Shown: positions 34,788 through 46,513 of the stretch, piece after piece
How positions within the stretch are numbered: the first letter of the stretch is position 1
Layout: every line of letters begins with the position of its first letter
From: Amphiscolops sp. MND2022
Lineage: Eukaryota
Direction: 5' to 3'
DNA length: 64,000 nt
Assembly (NCBI GenBank): GCA_964187785.1
Contig: OZ076409.1
Location: forward strand, 20,524,001 to 20,588,000
The notes under the pieces: model-generated
What the model saw: the letters and a program-made list of their open reading frames with translations, nothing else
Database searches by the model: none
What the model was told of the DNA's origin: nothing
Position numbers and translations under genes: made by a program

Positions 34788-35976
34788 TGTCCCAGGCGGC
34801 TGCCTGTGATAGTAATTTATCTTCAATTTACCACAATTATCAGCGGGCCCTTCCCAATAACTTACCATTAAATTAAAACTTTTCCAGCAAAACAAAACTG
34901 TTCACAATATTATTTTTGTAGTTAGTAATTGTTTACTTGTTGCTATTAATTAAAGGCCTTGTACGGCCATACGTGCTTTTGTGATGTACACTCAACGGAA
35001 AGTGGACTGCCAATCCTTTATTCAATTGAAATGAGAACGATGCTGTATAATAGGGGATTTTCGCTCTATTTGACTCAACAAAAAAATAACCAATGCTAAT
35101 CAAGAAATTCACTTATTGTTGCAGTATACATTTCGGCCCTTATGGCCTGTTATCATGTTGCCCACATATATATCACATGTAATGTTACGTTAATCGAAGC
35201 CACATGTGTATACGTTGCTGTGTTTACAGCATGTTTATGTGGACCGCATGGCCACATAAACAAATGTTGCCGCTTGTACTTTGATGTTCATGTCATGTTA
35301 CTATTTTTAGTTTTGTGTCTACTTTTAGATGAAATTATTCTATTTTTTGCTAGCATAATGACTCTTCCAAAATGGGATGTCATCCTCCTGGAAGTATATT
35401 TAGAACTTCCCGCGAGACTCTAACACAATCGGACTTTGTAAACGAATTGTTAAAGTTGAAAATTTCTGCAATCATAAAACTCGAGAAGTAATTTAGTATT
35501 ACTCTTTCGCATAATTTTAATGCCATCTACAAGAAGTCAAAAGGCGAAAGCTAGAATGTCAAGAGAATTGGGCATGATGTCCGATTTCGAGAATATGGAC
35601 GTTTTACTTGGAAGTGAAAATACAAATCCCATAGAAAGGGAATTAGCTAATACAATCAACGGTTCGATTAGTTATAATCAACTTGATTCTGATTCCCACA
35701 TTAGAACGAATCCTTTCCGATTAAAATGAAATAAGGAACTTCAGCCATGAAGGCCAGCTTCCTCTATCAGCCATTCAGCATTTTCGGAAAGAGTGATCCC
35801 AGAGATACAAAACATCATGAGTTCGATATCTTCGGGGAACAGGGACACTGAGTCTGGCTTGTCATCGAACAATCAGGAAAATGATAATAGAACGAATGGG
35901 TTGAAAACTAAAATTACAAAAAAGGACTGTAGGTCTGCTTTTGATCTAGGAGACACGGAGGGCCTTAGTTCTTACA
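34788..35976 (+). mobile_element. Solo LTR (1189 bp) of a second, related Gypsy family
   Basis: TGT...ACA termini; 5-bp TSD ATGTT at 34783-34787 and 35977-35981; gag-like N-terminus MPSTRSQKAKAR...IERELA in its 3' part. Confidence 0.85.
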
Positions 35977-36655
35977 ATGTTTAAATAGTGTTTGAAACTG
36001 TTCACTTATGCAGATTTTTTTCTATTCGTTTGTTCTTTCTACTGAGTTGAGGTGTTTCTCAAAGAGAGCAAAGTATGGACCTTGCAAGACTTTTGCAAGA
36101 ATGATAAACTATGCTAGACCTGCATTGGCTGGCAAGATTTTTGCAAGTGGTGTATTCGCTCGCAAAAATCTTGCAAAAAAACCTTTTTCGTAAGATGCTT
36201 GCAAGAAGCTTGAAATGAAAGAAACTAGGGAATGCATTGGAAAAAGGGTAAGTCGAAAGGGTTAACTGTTTTAATGGCTGCAGCTATATTGAAGGAGATC
36301 GCCTGGCATGATATCTCCTCAGTGACCATAATCATTGCTTAAAATTTCTTTTAGAACGTAACTTAGACGGAAACAGTCTGAGGGAATAGTTCGCAAAAAT
36401 ATTAGCAACTTTCAGAAAATATTTGAATTGCCTTAGATCTAGAAATTTTTGACAGTGCCTTGTTTTATTTTCTGTCTCAGTCATATAGCTAAGGAAAATC
36501 TTCTTCCAAAAGAACTCTCCGTTTTAGAAAATATACTCCTATAAGTGAAAAATTTTGGGTGTGTGGCAAATTAGAGGATCTCAAAACATTCCTGTTTTTT
36601 TTAGGGTTTGCAGAACATGCGAACTGACAGTGATCAAAAGACAGAGTTTGTTTAC

Positions 36656-36892
36656 CGTGAAGATATTGGTATGATCTAGTTGTATGTCATTGGGAGCGTG
36701 AGTGTGAGGGGGGTGCGGCTCTGAGTCAAATTCCCTGCCGTAGTCTGCGTGAGTGGGTGTCATGGGGTGCAGAGGGTGACAGTGATAGGGCGAGGAGTTG
36801 TCCCTCCAGTTGGTGATGGGGTGTCTCCCCCTCCTGTAACTATACGTCAGCTTCACCCCCGTCTTCACTGCAGAGGCTCCACTCCCCGGGTC
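36656..36892 (-). CDS. Ion channel subunit, internal exon (His/Pro-rich M3-M4 loop)
   Basis: Acceptor TTTCTAG| and donor |GTAAAC; 237 nt, phase 0-0, open (DPGSGASAVKTG...DHTNIFT); joins both flanking exons in frame. Confidence 0.75.
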
Positions 36893-39594
36893 CTAGAAAC
36901 AAAAAGTAGGAGTCACAGAAATTGAACGTGAACAGGTGTTAAAATTATAACCTATAAGGTAAAATATTTTAATTTGGACCCAAAATAACTCTATAGGGTA
37001 GGGTAGAACCTTTCGCAAACATCTGTTGTTTTCAGCGGAGAGACAGTGGCTATTACTCAACGCCAGGCAGGCAGTGAGGACTAATGCTTTAAATATCGTG
37101 GCTAAACAAACCAGTGTTTCATATTTTAGGTGTCGGAAAAATTTTTTGACAACTTATGCACTTGTACCTTTTTTCTCCCGACTTTTCAATGAGAATTTCA
37201 AATTTCTCGAAAACTATCCGTACTATTTTGAATGGAATTTCGCACAGTCAGTCTACATCCAAAGGTGCTCCTGCGTCCTACAATGAAATCAAAATCGTAT
37301 GGTTGGGATCTGAGAAACATAACCAAAATTAATCCAAAATGACCAGATGGCAATAAAGAACGTAATTTGTTTTTCAATTATTTAATAAATTTCCGGCTTC
37401 TTTACCGCACATGCGACTCTGGTTCCAGTTAGGGAAGTTTTACTTAAGTTGTTGACAACTTTGGCAACTCAAATGACAACTTTAGCAGATTTACTTACAT
37501 TAGGGTAAGAAAATACAATTCGAGGTTTAGAGAGACTTTTACCTCCGATTGGAAGCTTAACAGAAAAATAGTTGTTTTACTGAAAAACGTTCGCTCAATA
37601 CAAAATCTACTTCCCAAGAAAAGGATACGTCCATAATTGAATCCGCGATTCAGCCGGGTAAGATAGGTACAGTTCAATGTTGTTGAAGCTCTAACTTCAA
37701 GCAAAGTCACAAGTTCTGGACTTGTAAGTGAATATACTCTGAGCTATCGACAACATAATCTTCTAGAAAAAACGTGTCTCCGCGAGACTCAACTTGCTTC
37801 TATATCTTAAACTCGGTTGTGTCTGTTCCAGTATATTCCAATTCCGCCTGATTCATATTTGTTTTTCGCACGTGTTTCTGCTGGTTACATTTTCACTTTT
37901 CTTCAAGCTTGGCATTTTCGTTAATGGGCGCCTGCATCTGAAGATTTACCTCTTCCTTTAATAGCATGGCAACGCCACTAGTTATACTTCGACTAAACAT
38001 CCTTTCCGCCAACAAAAAATAATTCGATATATTGTCCGAAGTCCACATTCCAAGATAATTCAAGTCTCCCAATATATTTGTAATGTCGAGAGATATGCTC
38101 AATCGCCTTCAATTAAATGGTTTACATGTTCGATTAAATGGTACTCTACACAAGGGAGGTACTCTTCAGTCCTTATGAGTGCGGTTCATCGCGAATACTC
38201 CAACCGAATCGAAACGCATTAACGCTGATAAACACGTTCTAACGTACGTTTTCCATATTCTCAAGAGTCACCCCCTGAGATGACCTTGAGGTTCGCCCGT
38301 GACCTTAAAGTTACTCGTAGCAATCCAAAGGTCCTATATCCCGGAATATAAGGTCCCAAGATTATGTGGACCCGAGTTAAAAGGTGCATATCGTTTGTTC
38401 ACCTAAGTCGGTTACCCCCGGTTGACTTACAAAATTAAGTTCATTAGCAATAGTAATCGACTCAATCATTATCTCGGTTAGTTTGAGGTATTACAAGCCA
38501 AGGTCAATTGCTTTGCTTTTACCGCGTCTGCGCTGCTGGTCCCGCGTGCCTTAGTTAAACAATACTCCGGGCGCAATGGATCAATTAATGTGGCTTTCAT
38601 GTATCTTACTTAGGTTTGATAGCTGAACATGTAAGGCAAATTATTTCATGATCCTCGCGTTAACTGGTGGCGATTTACATAACATTCGATGATTGTTTGC
38701 ATAGGGTTCGTGCTCCCCTTGCGAGTGTCATTGGGTTCCGAAAAAAAAACGCAAATGGCACATCTTTCTACGGGTTATCAGTTCCTTATATTATACTGTC
38801 TATTTCGGGGTTTGCCGATGCGCCGTAGGTCAACCTAGTGCACTTCCGATGCATATAGACCGGTGGGTCTCGACTCCTTTCCAACTTTATAAACAAATAG
38901 CATTCCAGCTCATGTATACGTGTGCCAAATTTCAGGTCTCTACAATTAATAGTCTTAGAGAAAACCCTGACTGGGGGTTTGAAGATTTATCACACTTGGT
39001 TTTTCGCTGGGGGTCTTAGTGTATTTTCGCTCGAAAGTGAAAGTTACGAAACTTAACTCTAAGGGATGAACTGTTTCGGCTGATTCGAGCAATAACTTCG
39101 CTGACGTCGATTCTAAACTATGTTTAGGTGGTGAAAAGTATTCGTTTTCAATGGACTATGAATTTTGATTAATTGAATCATTGAAAAGTTTTAAAATTTG
39201 TTTGGCCTAATATTCGTTCATTTATCAGTTTGTACACTTTGGCTCTTTTCTGCCTCCCGCTACCATCGAATTTTTTTGATGGAAAATTTCAAAAATAGTT
39301 TCAAACTGGCCTGATTAGAAAAGTCAAGCTTTTTATTGGAATAGATTTTCGTTTGAATTAACTGTTTTTTTGTGACTCAAAACAGGAAGCTTTGATTTCC
39401 TAATTAAAAACGAATGACTTCATAGGAAACAATACTGTGAACAAAGATTGTATTTGGGTCCTAAATGCCACGCTGAAATTAATTTTACAATCAAAAGATT
39501 TTGTTGCGTTTTTAGTTTTTCATTGTAAAGTTTTCACTGATTTTTCAATTTCGGCGGTGGGGGACAGAAAAGAACCTTTACTTTCATTGTATAC

Positions 39595-39837
39595 CTCGAA
39601 GCTACTATGACAGGGCGTTTCCATCACGTGATCTGGAGTGGCACCGTGCATGGTGGAGTTGGCGTTTGAAGAGGCGTGGTGGTTCATGACTGGCTTCTGT
39701 CTGCGGATATCAGACATCTGGAAATTGTCTTCACTCGAAGAGTCAGCCTGCACTATCGAATTCTGCACGAATTTCAACCTGAAACGTCCAAGTTTCAACG
39801 TTACTGGTAGATTCAATCTCTCATAAGTATGTATAAC
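39595..39837 (-). CDS. Ion channel subunit, internal exon (M3-M4 loop); 5' boundary uncertain
   Basis: Open frame IHTYERLNLPVT...TPCHSSFE; donor GAG|GTATAC phase 0 matches the next exon; two tandem CAG acceptors near 39838-39847. Confidence 0.65.
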
Positions 39838-40978
39838 TGTGAAACTGCGAACAACCGATAAAGTTGGAACTCAACTCAAAATTTCCATCTTATATGAACT
39901 TCCATCAAAGCCTCCAAACCTGTATGATGTTTTTAAATTGAATTTGCAATGACACACAACAGTGAAACTTTTTCGATAGGCTAGACGCACATAGAAGTTC
40001 CATATATGGCACCGAGATGAAAAAACGTTTGTTTCCACAATTCCGCGGGAAAGACAACGAAGAAGGAGTTCTGCTTTTCCGGATATCCCCCATAGCTAGC
40101 TATAATACCATATTTGTGACCAAGTGCTCAAGGTTGACTTAAATCGGTGGCTTTGAAGTTATTCGCTAAAGGTACTTAAGGTCTGACAGCTCTCCGTTGC
40201 TTTCTCAAATACGTTATTTTTTGCCAAGACCATACCACTAAACTAGGGATGGAGGACTTGCTTAAGGCCCAACAATGGTACGTTGAAAGAGGCTCGAACC
40301 TAATACCGCAGCAATAAAGGCCGGTACATGCAGTTCAAATCGGTGCATTCCAACGTCCTGCCACTTAACATGAAGAAAACCCGTTGAAACTTTATTGTTC
40401 AATGTAAAACTTCATTAGCTCCTTTTTCTCATCACTAGCAATGAAATAAATTAGTCTATACATTTTGACATGGGATTGTGATTGGCTTTTTTAAATTCGA
40501 CATTTTCTTTTTTATTTTTCATTCACTTGGAGGTTTTTTTTGTTTTAACTGCATTTGGGAATTTTAACGATGATAATCACAGTTCGTTACAGCTAGTTCA
40601 AATCGTTTCTTTGTGTTGAATCTGCGCTCGTATTTAAAAGTTATATGTTCTCAACTGGAGACTCTCTATCAAGATTAAAAGAGCAATTGTAAAAGTTTGT
40701 TATAATTTGACTTTGCGGTAGTGGATAGAGAGCATTCGACATGTATTGGGGTGGTACCAGGCTCGATTCTTTTTCAATTTACAATTGATGTGACTTTGGC
40801 ATGTATCGCATTTGCCTGAGAAAAATTAAAATCAGAATAAGGGTGATCAGTCCCACCTTCTAAGACCTTGATTAAGTTTTTTTTCAATATACAGCGTCAA
40901 GCCAACCATTGCTTGGCCACTTGGTTGCGAATATGAAACCTTAGCTTGCTATCCGAAATTGCATCGACTTGAAAAAAC

Positions 40979-41382
40979 TTGAGAACTGGACATTCTGTAG
41001 TTTTTTTCAAACCTCTCTCGTTTGTCGAGCCACTTCATCTTCTGTTTGCTAAGGAAGTGCACGGTGATGAACTCGCCGAGAGCAGCGAGAACATACACGA
41101 AGGATACGAAGAAGTAGACGTCCACTGCATTGAGGTTGTCGACATTGGGCAGCACGGCCTTGCTCGTGTTCATGACCAGAATCATGCTCAGCACCCCTGT
41201 CACCCCTATGTAGGCCCTGCTGGTGGCCACCTCTGCCACAGTGGCCCGCCCTCTGTCGGGGATGATCCAGAACGAGGCCCAAGAGATGACCACTATGATG
41301 GCTGCCGGGATGTAGCTCTGAACCAGGAAGTACATCAGGTCCCTGGTGAATGTGAACTCCAGAATGCACCCCTCGTAGGACC
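40979..41382 (-). CDS. Ion channel subunit, exon encoding beta10-M1-M2-M3; 3' boundary uncertain
   Basis: Acceptor TTTTCCAG|; GSYEGCILEFTFTRDLMYFLVQSYIPAAIIVVISWASFWI (M1), RAYIGVTGVLSM (M2), LPNVDNLNAVDVYFFVSFVYVLAALGEFITVHFL (M3), typical of the GlyR/GABA-A/GluCl group. Confidence 0.92.
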
Positions 41383-44099
41383 CTGGAAAAAAGGGAAACA
41401 TCAGTCAGATATTGATGATCTTTCATTCGTCTATTAGGTCTAGCAATGATTGTAAGGCTTTGAATCCTAAGGAACAGGATTGCGTGGATTTGTTATTCCC
41501 TGGAATTGTCTATAGAAGTGTTTTTCTTACATTTTTGAATAGCAGCGTATTTCACAAAATGGATGTTCTTAGAATGAGTAACATTAAACGATTTTAAAAA
41601 ACAGTCGTTTTGTACATCTACGCCACAGAATAATTTCAGGAAATTCAATAGATATCGAGTATTTTTTTGACATGGAATGGTCCCACCAAAAATTGGCTCC
41701 TAAAACTGTTTCTGTTTACCCATCCAATCGACCCAAAATTAATTGATAGTCGGAAAAAGCAATGATGATTGCTTCAGCAACAAGATGCTCACTGACCAGC
41801 GAGAAATTTTCCGCCCAAAAATATCCTACGAAGACATAAATTTGAGGCTCAAGAGTAGCCAATGCACTATGAAATGCAAAAAAAAATCGAAGGAAAAAAG
41901 TTTTGATTCAACTTAGCCCGTTTCCAAAGAAAACATCTAATTTAAAAAGACGCCAAGTACCTAATGGTTTTGTTGCTGAACTATGTTGATACCAATACCT
42001 GAGATACCAAATGTTTAGTTGGCGCTTTTCATTAGAAAAGAGCGACTATAGTCACGGCCTTTTGTCAGTTTTTTTTCGATACACCTGATCTGTCCAAAAT
42101 AGTAATACCAAAAGATCAACCTTCCAGGTAACTTCACACTGCCACTTGGCCTAGTGGTTAACGCGGATTTCTTTGGTTAACGCAATTTTTGTTTTTTAGG
42201 GATTTCCGTGAAGGAAAAATGTTTCCCGAGATGTGAGGTTGACCTCTTTGTTACTTTTTGATCATGTGGAACTGGAGAGATTTCTTAATGATTGTTGAAA
42301 ATAACTTTCCTCAGCTTTTGTTGGCTCTGTGCATCTTTCAGAAAGTTTCAATTGATCGAAGGGTCGAACCCCAATGTTTTCACAGCTAATTTCAACTTGA
42401 GAGAAAAATTTTGCGAGCTTTTGTCACTGTGAAATTGGTAAGCTTTGAAAATAGTGACCATAGGATCTTTGAAAGACTTGAGCGGAGCGCCGACTTGTGC
42501 CGGTCCCGGCATGTTATATTTTTGCCTATAACGTCACTAAAAATGTCAAAAATTGGAAAACTCTGATTTTTTTGACAATTTTGGGGTCAGTTTGATGAAT
42601 TTTTTAAGATAAAACTAAATATGTCTCTTCTGAAAAGCCTACTGGATTACGAGAAATCGTTTTTTTCGAAACTGTCTTGAAATTGCATGAAAAGCTACAG
42701 AAACCTAAAAATTTTGGAGTTTTTGACATTGTCTGGGTCAATCCGAAATATTTTTCGATATGAACTATATTTGACTGTTAAAAGAATCTTACTGGTCAAC
42801 GAAATCTTAACTTGTTTGACAGTTTCAACATTCTGGTCCACGAAGTCTATCGATAATTCGACAAAATTTGAATAAAGACTGTGAAATTTGGGACGTTTTC
42901 GAGATTTTGTGTTTTTCGGTGTCAATACGAATCATTTTTTATCTGAAAAACTGCTTTTATCACTTCACAAAGCCTATTTCACATCAATGTCTTCTTTGTT
43001 GACCTTTTCAACATTCTAATCTTCGAAGTCTGTCGAAACCTTGACAAAGTTTGCATAAAAAACTATGAAAATTAGAAAACGTTGAATTTTTGTCGTTTTT
43101 GATACCAATATGAGATTTTTTTTGACAGGAAAACTACATTTTCTGACCCTAAAGCTTTACTGAAAAACAAGGTTTTACCTTGTTGAACGTTTTCATAAAT
43201 CCAATCCATGAAGTCTTTCGAAAATTTGACAAAAATTTCATAAAATTGTAAACAATCAGAAACTTTTGGTCTTTTTGTTAGTTTCGGTCTCAATGTGAGA
43301 CATTTTTCAATGAAGAACCCTTTTATTGCTTCAAAGAATGTTCCTAGACAACGAATTTTTCCTTGCTGGACGTTTTAAACATTCTAAATAAACGAAGACT
43401 ATCGAAAATATGACACAAATTGCCTGAAAATGTAAAAAATATCGGAAGTTTTCGGTTTTTTTGTTTACTTTGCTCTCAATGTGAGGAATATTTCTATTAA
43501 AAATCTGCCTTGTTAATGTCTCCTGAACAACGAATTCATTCCTTGTTGAATGTTTTAAACCTCCTAAACCACCAAGTCTATCGGATTTTTTTTAAAAATT
43601 GCATAAAAACGTTTTTGGTTTTTTTTTCAATTTCGGTCTCAATTTGAGGCTTTTTTAATCGAAAAATTGCATTTACTTCTTTGAAAAAGCCTCTTGGATA
43701 ACGAAATTGTTCCCTTTTGAATGTTTTCAACATTCTAAAACTCGAAATTTTAAAATATGGAACGATTCTTACGGAGGCTGTTTTCAGGAAAAGTGATAGG
43801 ATCAAAAGTTATATGAAAGCAAATACACGAAAGCTTATGAGATATGAAGCAAAGGTACAAAATTCGTTTCTGACATTTTTTGAGAAAAGCGTTTTTTCGT
43901 TAGCAAAATTGAGTGTCTTTAGCTTTTAGGTATTTTGGTACCCTAGTGAATCTGCTATATTGTGAACATTGCGTTTTATTTTCTTTTATTCAACGGGTTT
44001 TGCATGACAAAAATGCCGTAAAGAAACAATATGATTGTATAGTTGAATTATTAACATCAGATTCAAATTATAACACTCTGGAATCCATGCAACGTGTCT

Positions 44100-45200
44100 G
44101 TGGATTAAGAGAGAGAGAGCTGGATAACTCTCAGTCCAGATTACTTAAATATCTTCCAGGTACAGCAGCCTGACATGAATGCAACATTCATGAATAATCG
44201 ATTTTACATCATAGTACTTCCTTCTTGTTTTATATCGACGCGTGGACCGTAGAATAAAACGTTTTATTGATTTTTTGGCTGTTTTACAAACGGCTATCAG
44301 CTCTGTCACAATCAGCACATAGCCGACAAGTGATATTTGAAAAAAGAGCTTTGTTTTTGCATACACGCTGTCAGCATTTTAAAAAAACTATCACATTTTT
44401 TTCGTATTTCCTAAATTTTCTGCATCTTTTGAAAGTCATGATTGAACACACATCAGCCTTGCATCTTGATGAATGGATGAAAAGTATACATGAATAAATG
44501 TGTATGATTTTCGTTTTGTATAATTCTCCAGCTAAGAGCCGCCTTTGCCAGGCAATTTCACGCATTTGCCAGCGTGCCACTGCACTGGAGCTCAAAGTCT
44601 TTGATGTGTTTCCACTCAGACTGGAAAGGAATATGACGTGTAATGGGTTGTTGCTCAGAATGGAAAATTCCTCTTTGATTTATATTCACCTCATCTGTTT
44701 AATCAACAAAAGTAGAAAGAACTTCATTTATTTCAAAGAATAATCCATGCGCATACATTGCTTGTACCTGGGGATTGCGTGTACCATTAATATGCCGAGC
44801 AAACAACTATCTATTCATTCCCAATTCCATCATCTTTGTGCTCTTTTCCCATATATTGTGTTTTTCCGCCCATATTTCTATATGGGGAAAAGAGAAATTA
44901 CTAACTCAGCCTCGTTTTTTATTTACTAACCAAGACGCTTTTTTGAAGAGAAATCTTTGAAAAATTCTGAAAAAGTGTCTCAAAATGACCTCACTCATAG
45001 ACAAATTTCTCGTCACAATGTAAATGCAATGAACAAATTAAACTACAATCAATCAAAGCGTAACAATTGACATGTGTTCCGTCTAATGATGATGAATTCA
45101 CACAAAATTTACAAGCTCAGGATCACGAAACGAATCCTTTTTATTAAAAAAACTTCCATCTGACATTCTGGAAACAACAAATGTTGGATAAAACACAGCG
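44100..45200 (-). pseudogene. Possible heavily decayed hAT transposase fossil
   Basis: Minus-strand fragments in the expected order across frames: SSSLDGTHVN (cf. SLxLDESTD), LPGKGG (cf. MxGKxxG), SIHQDARLMCVQS (cf. CIIHQEALCAKS). No long ORF. Confidence 0.3.
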
Positions 45201-46392
45201 AAATTGAACAGGATGTATTTAATAGACGGAATGATCGTTTATGAACTTTGACATGTGTTGAGAGAGACAGTCATCTAGAATATGGTAATTGATGAATGGG
45301 AATCCTGATATTGATTGAAAATTTGATATTCTAAAATTCTTTCATTTTTCTCCGAGAATAACTTCAAAAATTGAACAAGACGCCCGCTAAGCACCGGGAT
45401 ATTTTCCGCGACACCCTTATTGCAAAAAAAGTATGGCGAAAGAGAGGATCGAACCCACGACCTACTGGCTGAGAAATACGAAAAATTTCAAGTACCAGCC
45501 TTGGTTCGAACCCACGACCTACTGGCTGGGAAAGCAATAAGTGAAGTGCACTTCACTCGATGGAGTGGAGATAAAGTGGAGTTTTGGCAGCATTTATAAA
45601 AAAAAACTTGTCACAGATCATGATATTCCTCCCCCATTTAAGTGGGCGGAAAATAAAAATAACAAGAAAATTCATCAACAAATTTTGGATCCATTCTGTC
45701 GCAAAACATCAAAAAATTGAAGTGGGGAACTTTTTTTATTTTCCGGAAAAAAATCTCACAATGCCGAAAAAAACTGAAAGGGGGACCCTTTGGGATTTTC
45801 CAATATCCATTCTGACACAAAACAGCAAAAAATTGAAGGAGGGACCCTTTGGGGAAAAAATTTTCCGGAAAAATGTCTCGCACTGCCGAAAAACAATTGG
45901 AAGGGGGACCCTTTGGTCTCGCCGGGTATGGTGTGTTACGCTCGAAAACAGGAAAAACCTATTTTATTCAGTTCGCTAGCCAAATAGTACAGTTTGGTGC
46001 AATAATATTTTGTAGAACTTTTAAGAACTATTTTGGTCAGTTCGTGTGGATTGAAAAAAAAAGAAAAGCCACTCTAATAGTCGCGTTCCACTTCATTAAG
46101 CGCCGACTAGAAACTTTGGTCTCATTTCTTGTATGTATGTATGTTAAACGTGGTCTAATCAGGACGAAAACTATTGTCTAGAAATATAGTCGGGCATTTA
46201 TTGTTTTCCGACCCCACATTTCATAAATGGGGGAGGAAATTCATGATCTGTGACCTGTTTTTTCTTTCAAATTTTGCCAAATCTCCACAATCTCCACCTT
46301 TTGATTACTTGACTATTTTATATAGCTACTAGTAACTAAAATAGTCAAGTATCTAAAATAGCATACAGCGTGAATAATATCTAAAGTCAAAA

Positions 46393-46513
46393 AAGGGAAT
46401 AAGATCTAAAGGGAATAAGATCTAAAATTTCAGGGCGGGCATAAGATCTAAAAGCAATAAGATCTAAAATTACTAAATTTTAGATCTTATTCTTTAGATC
46501 CTATTCCCCCTTC
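46393..46513. repeat. Small palindromic motif array (ATAAGATCTAAA x4 then inverted x2), MITE-like, nested in a HINE-B copy
   Basis: GGGAATAAGATCTAAAG at the left is the near reverse complement of CTTTAGATCCTATTCCC at the right. Confidence 0.6.

Noticed and set aside
40979..41437. Overlapping ORFs 40979-41437 (+) and 41049-41426 (-)
   Set aside because: By-products of the GC-rich channel exon; no independent features.
45584..46181. K/F/G-rich ORFs here and at 33086-33322, 57824-58342, 59442-59966
   Set aside because: Chance translations of the HINE-A subrepeats; not proteins.
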